From NCBI RefSeq assembly GCF_000284455.1, contig NC_017039.1:1260001-1292000 (forward strand): a DNA stretch of 32,000 nt. The letters are read 5' to 3'. Shown here one piece after another: positions 8,483-17,364 of the stretch. Both the position numbers and the translations under genes were made by a program. Within the stretch, counting starts at the first letter, position 1, and each line of letters begins with the position of its first letter. This stretch comes from Synechocystis sp. PCC 6803 substr. PCC-P (lineage in GTDB: Bacteria > Cyanobacteriota > Cyanobacteriia > Cyanobacteriales > Microcystaceae). Below the pieces are notes generated by a model. It was not told the origin of the DNA and did no database searches. It was given only the letters and a program-made list of their open reading frames with translations.

Positions 8483-10032
8483 GGTTTACCAACGGTAGGG
8501 CTAAAAAATAGGGTGAATTCTCTCGTCTGTCCCCGCTTTTGTAAATTGGCTAAAGCTAGTCTGCCTTGGGCATTTTGGTCGAGCAATAAATAATTTCCTT
8601 CCTTCGCCTTAGTTCGTAACTGGTCATCATCCACCGCAATCACCTGGCGATCACCATAGAAATCCAAACTGGGACGACTGTAGGCAAAGGAAGTGTAAAT
8701 TAGGGTATTAACTGGGGTGCTTTGTTTAATTAACCGCCCCACGGGCTTAACGGCAAAGGCTTCATTCACTTCCCAATTCCAGAGGGGACTGGAAAAAAGA
8801 AATAGCAAGGTTACATACAGCCCCATCACCAGGGTTTTGGCAAATTTAGGGGAAGAGTGCAAATATTGTTTGGCACTCCAACCTACACCAACAAATAGCA
8901 CTAGCCCCATGATGATAATCACCGGTTTTTGCTCGATGAAACCAGCGTACAATCCCCCCACCAGGCCCACCACAGCGGTGAGAGCAAGGAGGTAACCAAT
9001 TAGCCGGGGATAACGTGGGCGACCTTCCAAATCTGCTAAATAATATCCCCCCATCAGAGCGAAAAAGGGATAACAGGGGAGTACATACCAGGGTAACTTA
9101 GTGCCCATGGCGGAAATAATCAGCAAGAAGCCGAAGCCAAAGGTAATGGCAACCTTAGCCCAGTCCTGTCGCCATTGTTGAACAGTCATTACCGCAGCGG
9201 GAATGAGGAAAAATAGCCAGGGGGCAGTGTATTTAACAATCTCCAACAGGTAATACCAAGGGGGCCCCGTATTGCCCTCTAATTCCTGGGTAACCCGCTC
9301 AAAACTATGAAACTCAAAATGAATTTGCCAAAAGGTTTCCCCGTACTCGGCAAATTGGAGTTGGTACCACCACAGCACTGGGGCAAAACCGATCAATAGC
9401 CCCAACCAGAATTGCCAGCGTTGAAAAATTCGCCCTTCCCCCAGCCAGAAAATTACAATGCCCAACAACAGTGCCAGGGCCAGCACCAGTAAACCCTTAG
9501 CCAAGGCAATTAACCCCAAACCTATACCTATGCCCCCCAACCAATGGGGATTTTTCCGCCCCCGCAGTAAGCAAAGTAATGACCAAAGCAAACAGGCGTT
9601 GATTACCCCGTCCAACATGGTTAAACGACCCAAACGGGCAGTGGGAAGCAGGGTTAACAATATCGAACTACTCCACAGGGCCGCTCTAGGGGAAGAAAAA
9701 ATTTCCTTACCTAGCAGATATAACAACGGCACCGCCAGGGCTGACCCCAGGGCCAACGGTAAACGGGAGCTAAATTCACTGATGCCCAGCAGATGGTAAC
9801 TGCCCATCACCAACCAGGCAATGAGGGGAGGTTTGGATAAAAAAGGTTGCCCTAAATAGGTGGGAAAACGCCAATCTCCTCTGAGGAAAGTATCCTGAGC
9901 TGTAGTAGCGTAATAACCTTCGTCAAAATCCCGCAGGGGTACATTGCCCAAACCGGCGATCGCCAGAATCAGGGCCGCTCCGGTAAGCAGCAGTAAATAT
10001 TTGCGATCATCATTGAGGGCAGGAAAGTTCAA
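8479..10032 (-). CDS. Polytopic membrane glycosyltransferase, family 39 (ArnT/PMT-like)
   Basis: More than 10 predicted TM helices. The first periplasmic loop RDFDEGYYA is typical of ArnT/PMT_2 enzymes. The apparent start is TTG at 10030-10032, with no nearby in-frame ATG. Confidence 0.7.
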   Translation of the reverse strand: MNFPALNDDRKYLLLLTGAALILAIAGLGNVPLRDFDEGYYATTAQDTFLRGDWRFPTYLGQPFLSKPPLIAWLVMGSYHLLGISEFSSRLPLALGSALAVPLLYLLGKEIFSSPRAALWSSSILLTLLPTARLGRLTMLDGVINACLLWSLLCLLRGRKNPHWLGGIGIGLGLIALAKGLLVLALALLLGIVIFWLGEGRIFQRWQFWLGLLIGFAPVLWWYQLQFAEYGETFWQIHFEFHSFERVTQELEGNTGPPWYYLLEIVKYTAPWLFFLIPAAVMTVQQWRQDWAKVAITFGFGFLLIISAMGTKLPWYVLPCYPFFALMGGYYLADLEGRPRYPRLIGYLLALTAVVGLVGGLYAGFIEQKPVIIIMGLVLFVGVGWSAKQYLHSSPKFAKTLVMGLYVTLLFLFSSPLWNWEVNEAFAVKPVGRLIKQSTPVNTLIYTSFAYSRPSLDFYGDRQVIAVDDDQLRTKAKEGNYLLLDQNAQGRLALANLQKRGQTREFTLFFSPTVGKP

Positions 10033-10140
10033 GGGCGGAATCTTGGGGCATGGTAACTGTTGGACTTGGGGGGCATTTTCCCATGTTCTTGGGGGAAGTT
10101 GAGGTTTTTGTTAAGGTATTTTGTTGATGTTTCCCCACTA

Positions 10141-11346
10141 ATGGCTGACCCTGTGAACCTGATACCCGATCGCCAGCAATTTCCCGGCCTAGCGAATAAG
10201 ACCTATTTTAATTTTGGCGGCCAGGGGATTTTACCCACCGTAGCCTTGGAAGCCATTACGGCCATGTATGGCTATTTGCAGGAAAATGGCCCTTTTTCCA
10301 TTGCCGCCAACCAATACATTCAGCAATTAATTGCCCAACTGCGCCAAGCCCTGGGGGAAACCTTTAACGTTGACCCTAACACCATCACCATTACCGATAA
10401 CGTCACCACGGGCTGTGACATTGTGCTTTGGGGCATAGATTGGCAGAAGGGCGATGAAATTTTGCTCACCGACTGCGAACATCCCGGCATTATTGCCATC
10501 GTCCAGGCGATCGCCGCTCGGTTTGGGGTCACGTACCGTTTTTTCCCGGTGGCGGACACATTAAACCAGGGGGATGCGGCCGCAGTATTAGTTAATCATT
10601 TGGGGCCGAAAACCCGTTTAGTTATCCTCAGCCATTTACTCTGGAATACTGGCCAGGTATTGCCCCTAGGAGAAATTATGGCCGTTTGTCGCCGCCATCA
10701 AGGGGATTATCCAGTGCGGGTGCTAGTGGATGGGGCGCAGTCTGCCGGTTCCTTACCCTTGGATTTTTCCCGGCTAGAAGTGGATTATTACGCTTTTACA
10801 GGGCATAAATGGTTTGCTGGCCCCGCTGGGGTGGGGGGATTGTATATCCATGGCGATGCCAAAGGCACGGCGAATGCCGCACGCCTGGGGGAAATTAACC
10901 CGACCTATGTGGGCTGGCGTAGTATCACCTATGGCAGTAAAGGGGAACCCACTGGCTGGGCAGAAGGGGGCAAAAGATTTGAAGTGGCCACCTCCGCCTA
11001 TCCCCAATATGCTGGTCTGTTGGCCGCTCTCCAGTTGCACCAACGGCAGGGCACCGCCGAGGAACGTTACCAAGCCATTTGTCAACGCAGTGAACTGTTG
11101 TGGCAGGGTCTAAACCAATTACCCCATGTCCATTGTTTAGCCACATCGCCTCCCCAAGCAGGTTTGGTATCCTTCACCATAGATTCTCCCCTAGGCCACC
11201 GGGCGATCGTGCAGAAACTGGAGGAACAACGCATCTATCTCCGCACCATCGCTGACCCAGACTGTGTCCGGGCCTGTTGCCATTACATCACCAATGAAGA
11301 GGAAATTGAGCATTTATTAAGCAGACTAGCTGAATTTACCCCCTAA
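10141..11346 (+). CDS. Class-V PLP-dependent cysteine/cystine lyase (C-DES / cysteine desulfurase-like)
   Basis: Aminotransferase class V fold with PLP-lysine motif FTGHKWFAGPAG. The ATG at 10141 (MADPVNLIPDRQQFPGL) is preferred over the track start at 10060. The C-DES identification is recalled from the Synechocystis literature and not verified. Confidence 0.75.
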   Translation: MADPVNLIPDRQQFPGLANKTYFNFGGQGILPTVALEAITAMYGYLQENGPFSIAANQYIQQLIAQLRQALGETFNVDPNTITITDNVTTGCDIVLWGIDWQKGDEILLTDCEHPGIIAIVQAIAARFGVTYRFFPVADTLNQGDAAAVLVNHLGPKTRLVILSHLLWNTGQVLPLGEIMAVCRRHQGDYPVRVLVDGAQSAGSLPLDFSRLEVDYYAFTGHKWFAGPAGVGGLYIHGDAKGTANAARLGEINPTYVGWRSITYGSKGEPTGWAEGGKRFEVATSAYPQYAGLLAALQLHQRQGTAEERYQAICQRSELLWQGLNQLPHVHCLATSPPQAGLVSFTIDSPLGHRAIVQKLEEQRIYLRTIADPDCVRACCHYITNEEEIEHLLSRLAEFTP

Positions 11347-11441
11347 GACCTTGTTGATTCCGGGCTCGAATCAGCCCACTCAAGCAATAATGGGGAACTT
11401 TTACCGAAACTTGCAGATTAGGAACGCTTTTGGGAAAGGCC

Positions 11442-12320
11442 CTAAACTTGTCCAGTTTCCTGCAATAACCAAAAACCAGCAAAGGTTTCACTGTCAGGGC
11501 TGGTTTGGATGGCTAAAAAGTGAATGCCCTGGGCCAATTTTTTTGTCTGTTCAAAGCCCTGAGCTTCCTGTTCACTGGTTTTATCGGTGACGTTGGCCAC
11601 AATCCAACTATCACTGGCTCCGGTTTCCAACCGCATAATAGGGCGGGGGTCAGTGTTGTATTGCAAATAGCCCAATTCCAACCCCGATAACCAAGCGGCA
11701 AAGGGTAAAGCCCTGGGGGAAAAGAGAATCAAACCAGGAATGCGACTGTCGGGGGAAAGATTGTACGAGGAGAGGGGAAAACTTTCCCCAAAGCTAATCT
11801 CCCAATCCGGTAAATCATTAAAATCAGCCGCGGCCAAACTCACCAAGGCCCACTGGTCCCCTCGATCGCCTCTCACTGCATCGGGCAAGGCAATGGCATT
11901 AAGTTCTGGATATTGTACGGATGTGGACGAAGCTAACTTCGGGTCATAGCCCGGTTGTTGGGGATAAAAATTCTCCAGGCGATCGCCTAACCATTGTTCC
12001 AGTACATAGGTGCGACGACTGGGGGCCGGGGGAATACCAGCTTCTTCACAGGCTTTGCTGATCATGTTATTCATCTGCCGCCGGAAAAAGCGGATCTTTT
12101 GAGGCATCTGACCCGCCTCGGCGATCGCCGCTTCGATGGCCTGCCGGAGCCAAACGGAATTAACGGTAGAACTGGGACAATATTGGCTGTAGCGGAACAA
12201 ATCTCCTGGTAACTGCTGCACGGATTGGGGAGACTCACAAATTAGTACTTCCCACACCTTTTTTTCCTCGTCGTCCAACAACGGCCGTGAATAAAAATCC
12301 AATTCCCAGGTAACGCCCAT
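11442..12320 (-). CDS. Tab2/ATAB2-like (DUF1092) protein
   Basis: N-terminus MGVTWELDFYSRPLLDDEEKKVWEVLICE and a length of ~290 aa fit the cyanobacterial Tab2 homolog family. This is recognition by eye only. Confidence 0.5.
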   Translation of the reverse strand: MGVTWELDFYSRPLLDDEEKKVWEVLICESPQSVQQLPGDLFRYSQYCPSSTVNSVWLRQAIEAAIAEAGQMPQKIRFFRRQMNNMISKACEEAGIPPAPSRRTYVLEQWLGDRLENFYPQQPGYDPKLASSTSVQYPELNAIALPDAVRGDRGDQWALVSLAAADFNDLPDWEISFGESFPLSSYNLSPDSRIPGLILFSPRALPFAAWLSGLELGYLQYNTDPRPIMRLETGASDSWIVANVTDKTSEQEAQGFEQTKKLAQGIHFLAIQTSPDSETFAGFWLLQETGQV

Positions 12321-12560
12321 ATATTAATTAAATATTTGTCAAAGCCAGCCCAAAAGGGCTAATCGCTATCCTATCAAGCAATTGTCCTTGGGTTATCATC
12401 CTGCCCCGGCCAAGAGAAAGAACTGGCCATCGCCATTGTCAGCCAAAAGCCCCTGGGCTTAAGATATCCTGGAAACACGGTGCCATCTCCGCTAACCTCT
12501 CCATGGCTAATCCGGTCACACCGCCATCCATCTTCCACCGCCCTAAAATTTGACCAAAAT

Positions 12561-13385
12561 ATGATTTCCCAGCCCCAAGGATTTACCCGCCTTAGCCGTT
12601 CTTCTCATCGCTTCTTCCCAGCCCGTTGGTTAATGGCTTTTGGTTGGGGTGTCGGTCTAATGGCGTTGGGATCATTGCCCCTCAATGCCGCCACCATTGC
12701 CCAGGGGAATGTAACTGAACGTCAAGTGCGGGCTTTAATTGAACAATTTGATGCGGTGGCCAACCAACACAATACTGATCGCCTGGGGGAAATTTACAGC
12801 CCTGAATTTAGCAACAGTGACGGTCTGACCTTTGCCCAAATGGAAACGACTCTGCAACAGCTTTGGGAAACATATGGCAATTTGACCTACAGCACCGAAC
12901 TGAAAAACTGGAAACAGGATGGGCAAGCAGTGGTGGTGGAAACTTTGACCACCATTCAGGGGGAACGGCCTTGGCTGGGTCGCACCGCCCAATTGAATGG
13001 ACAAATTACCTCCCGCCAAACCTTTGTGCAAAATAAATTGGTACGCCAGGAAGTGTTAACGGAAAAAATGACCCTCACCGCCGGGGACAATCCACCGGAA
13101 GTGGACGTTAATTTGCCTCAGCAAGTGCAGGCGGGCCAAGAATTTGATTTCGATGTTGTCCTGCGTCAACCCATTGGTGATGACCTCCTGGCGGGCACAG
13201 CTTTTAGTCAAAAAATAGATCCTAATAACTACGTTGATCCTTCCCAGGTGAAATTGGAATTGTTACAGGCTGGTGGGCTATTCAAACGGGCGATCGCCGG
13301 TAATGATCCCCAGTGGTTGTCTGCCCTACTAGTTACTCCTGAAGGCATGGTATTGGTTACCCAGCGTTTGGCCGTTGTTCCCTAG
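12561..13385 (+). CDS. Hypothetical exported protein
   Basis: The ATG at 12561 gives a basic N-terminus plus hydrophobic segment (WLMAFGWGVGLMALGSLPLNAA), which looks like a signal peptide. A possible NTF2-like segment follows. The track ORF starts at GTG 12480. Confidence 0.5.
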   Translation: MISQPQGFTRLSRSSHRFFPARWLMAFGWGVGLMALGSLPLNAATIAQGNVTERQVRALIEQFDAVANQHNTDRLGEIYSPEFSNSDGLTFAQMETTLQQLWETYGNLTYSTELKNWKQDGQAVVVETLTTIQGERPWLGRTAQLNGQITSRQTFVQNKLVRQEVLTEKMTLTAGDNPPEVDVNLPQQVQAGQEFDFDVVLRQPIGDDLLAGTAFSQKIDPNNYVDPSQVKLELLQAGGLFKRAIAGNDPQWLSALLVTPEGMVLVTQRLAVVP

Positions 13386-13423
13386 GGAAACTGTAACAGC
13401 GATGAAAAAATCAGTCGGAGAAT

Positions 13424-14353
13424 GTGAAAATTAAACAAGCTATTGCCAAACCCTTTCTGAAATGGGCTGGAGGTAAGGGAAAGTTAATTGAACAATTGGT
13501 TAATTGCTTCCCCTTAGAAATCACCACTGGTCAGTTAACTAAGTATGCTGAGCCTTTTATTGGTGGCGGGGCTTTGTACTTTCATGTTGCCCAAAATTAT
13601 CCCCAGATAGAAAAATTCTTTATCTCCGACTGCAATCAGCAGTTAGTTTTGGCTTATCAGACTATTCAACAAAATGTTGATGATTTAATTGATTTTTTAA
13701 GACGGCTACAGCAGAAGTATTATTGTTTCAACCAAGATGAAAGAAAAGATTTTTTTTATCAGCAAAGACTAAAATTCAACCAGAATGTTACCGGAATAAA
13801 TTTAGAAAAATTTAGTAAATTGTGGATAGAGCAAACTGGTCTGCTTATATTTTTAAATCGTACCTGTTTTAACGGCTTATTTCGAGTTAACTCTAAAGGA
13901 GAATTTAATGTACCCTTTGGGGATTATAAAAATCCTAAGATTTGCGATGCTGAGAATCTTAAGTTAGTAGCCAACTTACTTGCCAGAACAGAAATAAGAT
14001 TTGGTGATTTTACTTCGAGTAATAACTTCATTGATGCATCCACCTTTGTTTATTTTGACCCGCCCTATCGTCCCTTAAATAAAACCTCCAGCTTTAACTC
14101 CTATGGTAAAGCGAACTTCAATGATAATGAGCAATTGAGGTTAGCTGAATATTACCAATCACTCAATAACAAAAACGCTAAGTTGATGTTGAGCAATTCC
14201 GATCCGAAAAATATTAATAGCGACGATAACTTTTTTGATGATTTATATCGGGGTTTTCAAATTGCTCGGATCGATGCCCTCCGTATGATTAACAGTCAGG
14301 CTGACAAAAGAGGTGCAATTAAAGAAATATTGGTTGTGAATTACCATCGCTGA
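13424..14353 (+). CDS. dam: Dam-family (D12 class) N6-adenine DNA methyltransferase, orphan
   Basis: Motifs PFLKWAGGKGKL, EPFIGGGALYF (SAM binding) and FDPPY (catalytic). The apparent start is GTG at 13424. No restriction endonuclease gene is adjacent. This probably corresponds to the GATC methylase known in Synechocystis. Confidence 0.85.
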   Translation: MKIKQAIAKPFLKWAGGKGKLIEQLVNCFPLEITTGQLTKYAEPFIGGGALYFHVAQNYPQIEKFFISDCNQQLVLAYQTIQQNVDDLIDFLRRLQQKYYCFNQDERKDFFYQQRLKFNQNVTGINLEKFSKLWIEQTGLLIFLNRTCFNGLFRVNSKGEFNVPFGDYKNPKICDAENLKLVANLLARTEIRFGDFTSSNNFIDASTFVYFDPPYRPLNKTSSFNSYGKANFNDNEQLRLAEYYQSLNNKNAKLMLSNSDPKNINSDDNFFDDLYRGFQIARIDALRMINSQADKRGAIKEILVVNYHR

Positions 14354-14425
14354 TTAGTACGCTGTTGGGATTTTTTTAGTAGGCTAATTGAGGGAACAAA
14401 CTAAAATTATGCCAACAAAGTCTTA

Positions 14426-15296
14426 GAAAGTGTTTGAAAAGTTTTAAGCAAGCCTTTGAAGCATGAGATGGAGCATGGCAACATGAATCATTGTCTCACT
14501 GGTGGTAGGTAAATATTCATAATCCTTGCTTAAACGACGATAGCGTCCAAACCAAGCAAAGGTGCGCTCGACTACCCAACGGCGGGGTAAGACTTCAAAA
14601 CCTTTTTGTCCCTGCTTTTTGCTGACGACATTCAAATTCCAACCAAAAGTATGCTCCACCCAATAGATAAAATCCTTTCCGCCAAAGGTGCTGTCAGTCC
14701 ATATAACTTGCAGGCACTGCCAAAGGGGAGCAAACCAGGTAGCAAGTAGAATCAGACCCTGATGGTCGGAGCGATGGGCACCATGGACGACAACATCGAG
14801 AAGTAATCCCATGGTATCCACGAGGATTGTACGTTTACGACCATTGACCTTTTTTCCGCCGTCATAGCCAGTTTCTTGGCCAGTTCCAGCCTTTTTAAGT
14901 GACTGTGAATCTAAACAACCAGCACTAGGGTGAGTATTTCTTCCAGCTTTGAGTCGAACCTTCTCACGGAAGATACGGTTTAATTTTCTCCAGGTACCAT
15001 CTTCGTGCCATTGCTGGAAATAACCATAGACCGTTCGCCATTTAGGGAAATCATGGGGTAGAAGTCGCCAGGCACACCCCGTTCTGAGCATGTAAAAAAT
15101 GGCATTGAGTATCTCCCGCAGACTAGTTTTCCGTTTTCTTCCCCCAGTTTTTGCTTTGGGTAAATGGGGTTCTACCAATTGCCACTGGCTATCAGTGATG
15201 TCCGTGCTGTAAAATTCTCGAATTATCATTAATTATGGTGAAAATTTTATTCTTTTCACCATTTTCCATTCTTCACCCTACTTTTCAAACACGCTC
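14426..15296 (-). mobile_element. IS5-family insertion sequence, 871 bp, with one intact transposase ORF
   Basis: Imperfect terminal inverted repeats: GAAAGTGTTTGAAAAGT (14426-14442) versus the reverse complement of ACTTTTCAAACACGCTC (15280-15296), 15/17 matching. It is flanked by a direct TTA at 14423-14425 and 15297-15299. The size and context recall the ISY523 type of Synechocystis, unverified. Ends are uncertain by a few bp. Confidence 0.75.
14444..15229 (-). CDS. IS5-family DDE transposase (261 aa)
   Basis: The N-terminal 'DSQWQLVEPHLP...GRKRK...REILNAIFYMLRTGCAWRLLP' (DUF4096-type HTH) followed by a DDE domain is the typical IS5/IS427-IS1031 group architecture. Confidence 0.85.
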   Translation of the reverse strand: MIIREFYSTDITDSQWQLVEPHLPKAKTGGRKRKTSLREILNAIFYMLRTGCAWRLLPHDFPKWRTVYGYFQQWHEDGTWRKLNRIFREKVRLKAGRNTHPSAGCLDSQSLKKAGTGQETGYDGGKKVNGRKRTILVDTMGLLLDVVVHGAHRSDHQGLILLATWFAPLWQCLQVIWTDSTFGGKDFIYWVEHTFGWNLNVVSKKQGQKGFEVLPRRWVVERTFAWFGRYRRLSKDYEYLPTTSETMIHVAMLHLMLQRLA

Positions 15297-15307
15297 TTAG
15301 GTAATAG

Positions 15308-16054
15308 CTAAAACTTCAAATATTCTGCTCCATCTAAACGAATGGTGGTGCCACTCAGAAAATCCTGTTGTAGCAAATATAGGGCCGCATCAGTGACTAC
15401 TTTGGGATTGCCGGTCATTTTTAAAGGAATACGTCGCTCTGCATAATCCCGCATAAACTCTTCCGGGTCCGGCGCTTCCGGAGCTTCTAAAATCTGTCCT
15501 AGGGCGAGGCCATTAACGGTGATATTGGGGGCCAATTCCAGGGCTAAAATTTCCGTCATATCCCACAAACCCCGTTTGGTAAGACGGTAAACAAAATGGT
15601 CTGGCCTTGGTCGGGGAATGCGGGCATCGTTAATGTTAATAATTTTTCCTTGGCGATCGCCGGCTACTTGTTGAGCAAAGGCCTGGGACAACTGAAAGGG
15701 GGCCCGGAGATTAACGGCAAAAATCCATTCCCACAGGTCGAGATCCACTTGAAAGAATTTATCTTCTAGGGGAAAAACCGAGGCACTGTTGATCAGAATA
15801 TCCACCTGGCCAAAGACTTCCTGGGCTTTGGGAATAATTCCTTGGGTGGCCTGGGCATCGCTCAAATCGGCGGAGTAGGTAAAAGCTTTCCTACCCAATG
15901 CTTCCACTTCTTGCTGAACCTCTAGGGCTCCGGTCTGGGAATTACCGTAGTGAATAAAGACGTTACAACCGGCTTCCGCCAGGGCCATAACTAGGGCCCG
16001 ACCAACCCTTATGCCTCCCCCGGTGACCAGGGCTGTTTTTCCAGTTAATTCCAT
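15308..16054 (-). CDS. Short-chain dehydrogenase/reductase (FabG/pteridine-reductase-like)
   Basis: Rossmann motif TALVTGGGIRVG, plus NSAS and the catalytic Y(RLT)K arrangement, which are typical of SDRs. Confidence 0.8.
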   Translation of the reverse strand: MELTGKTALVTGGGIRVGRALVMALAEAGCNVFIHYGNSQTGALEVQQEVEALGRKAFTYSADLSDAQATQGIIPKAQEVFGQVDILINSASVFPLEDKFFQVDLDLWEWIFAVNLRAPFQLSQAFAQQVAGDRQGKIININDARIPRPRPDHFVYRLTKRGLWDMTEILALELAPNITVNGLALGQILEAPEAPDPEEFMRDYAERRIPLKMTGNPKVVTDAALYLLQQDFLSGTTIRLDGAEYLKF

Positions 16055-16179
16055 CGTAGTTAGTTAAATTCCTGAGCCTTGGGCGATTACAAACTTAGTC
16101 GGGTGGAGATACAATAAAACAAAATTACCATTTTTTATGGCGATGTAGTCGAAATCATTGCCCATAATTACAAAAAAAT

Positions 16180-16464
16180 TCAGGCTTCAACCTTTACACC
16201 CCGCCAAAAAGCGATGTAGCCCTTAATATTTTCCGCCCTGGGTTTGGGATCGGGGTAATACCAAGCCGCATCCGGGTTCTCCTGGCCATCCACCACTACG
16301 GTGTAGTAACTGGCGGTGCCTTTCCAACCGCAAACGGTGTGGGTGTTACTGGGCTGGAAATACTGGGGATGGATGCTGTCGGGGGGAAAATAGTAGTTGC
16401 CCTCCACCATTTCACACTGGTCACTCTCGGCGAGGACGACCCCATTCCAGATTGCTTTGGCCAT
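16180..16464 (-). CDS. DUF427-domain protein (94 aa)
   Basis: MAKAIWNGVVLAES...EGNYYFPP...C.WKG.ASYY...NPDAAWYYP matches the DUF427 pattern. Confidence 0.7.
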   Translation of the reverse strand: MAKAIWNGVVLAESDQCEMVEGNYYFPPDSIHPQYFQPSNTHTVCGWKGTASYYTVVVDGQENPDAAWYYPDPKPRAENIKGYIAFWRGVKVEA

Positions 16465-16513
16465 GGTTTAGGACGGGTAAAGTAAACGCCTTGGATTATA
16501 GCCCCTTCTGCAA

Positions 16514-17146
16514 TCAAACCAAACCGGAACGGAGGGCAATGACGGCAGCTTGAACCCGGTCATCAACGGACAGCTTATTCATGATGCCCCGTACATGAGT
16601 TTTAATTGTGTTGGTGCTTAGATATAAAGTTTGGGCGATTTCTTGGTTACTTTTTCCTTCCACAATTAATTTCAGCACGTCAATTTCCCTTTCCGAAAGG
16701 CTAGACACGTCGGCTTGGCCTTCCGGCACGGGGGGCTTGAGGTTTTCCACCACCACCCGGGCAATTTGGGGGTCTAGGTAGGTGGCTCCATCCTGGGCGG
16801 CGGCGATCGCCAAAATTAAACGCTCTAGGGTGGCTCCTTTAACGCAGTAAGCATCGGCCCCACTGGATAGGGCAGCAATAATCTCGTTGGGCAGGGTGTG
16901 GGAAGTCAACACTACAATGTGGATCTGGGGGGAAGTTTGCTTGATTTGTTTGGTGGCTTCAATGCCATCAAGTCCAGGCAAGCCAATGTCCATCACGATC
17001 AAGTCCGGGTTGAGGACCGCTGCCTGTTGCACAGCACCATAGCCGTTATCCACTCGACCAATAATTTCAAAGCGCTCATGGGCCCCCAAGGCTTGCTCCA
17101 AACCTAATTGCATCAATGGATCATCTTCAACGATCAAAATTTTCAT
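16514..17146 (-). CDS. rre17: NarL/LuxR-type two-component response regulator
   Basis: REC domain (MKILIVEDDP, DLIVMDIGLPGLDG) plus LuxR HTH (LSEREIDVLKLIVEGKSNQEIA...TIKTHV). The ATG at 17146 is preferred over the 226-aa track ORF. The symbol comes from recalled Synechocystis gene order and is unverified. Confidence 0.8.
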   Translation of the reverse strand: MKILIVEDDPLMQLGLEQALGAHERFEIIGRVDNGYGAVQQAAVLNPDLIVMDIGLPGLDGIEATKQIKQTSPQIHIVVLTSHTLPNEIIAALSSGADAYCVKGATLERLILAIAAAQDGATYLDPQIARVVVENLKPPVPEGQADVSSLSEREIDVLKLIVEGKSNQEIAQTLYLSTNTIKTHVRGIMNKLSVDDRVQAAVIALRSGLV

Positions 17147-17364
17147 AGGCAGGCAAGGCTCGATTTTCACCCTATGGGGGGAAGTAAAATCCATTCCAGT
17201 TTAGGCAAAGTTGAGATAGTAATCTACAGTGCTTAGCAATTCTTTGTACTTCATCGGTGATTACTATCACGGTAAGGGTGCCGATGCAAAAAGGGGGTTC
17301 GCCCGCTGTTGCATTATCCCCATGGGGGGGAAAGAATATCGACCACTTTTAAGAATAAAACGGT

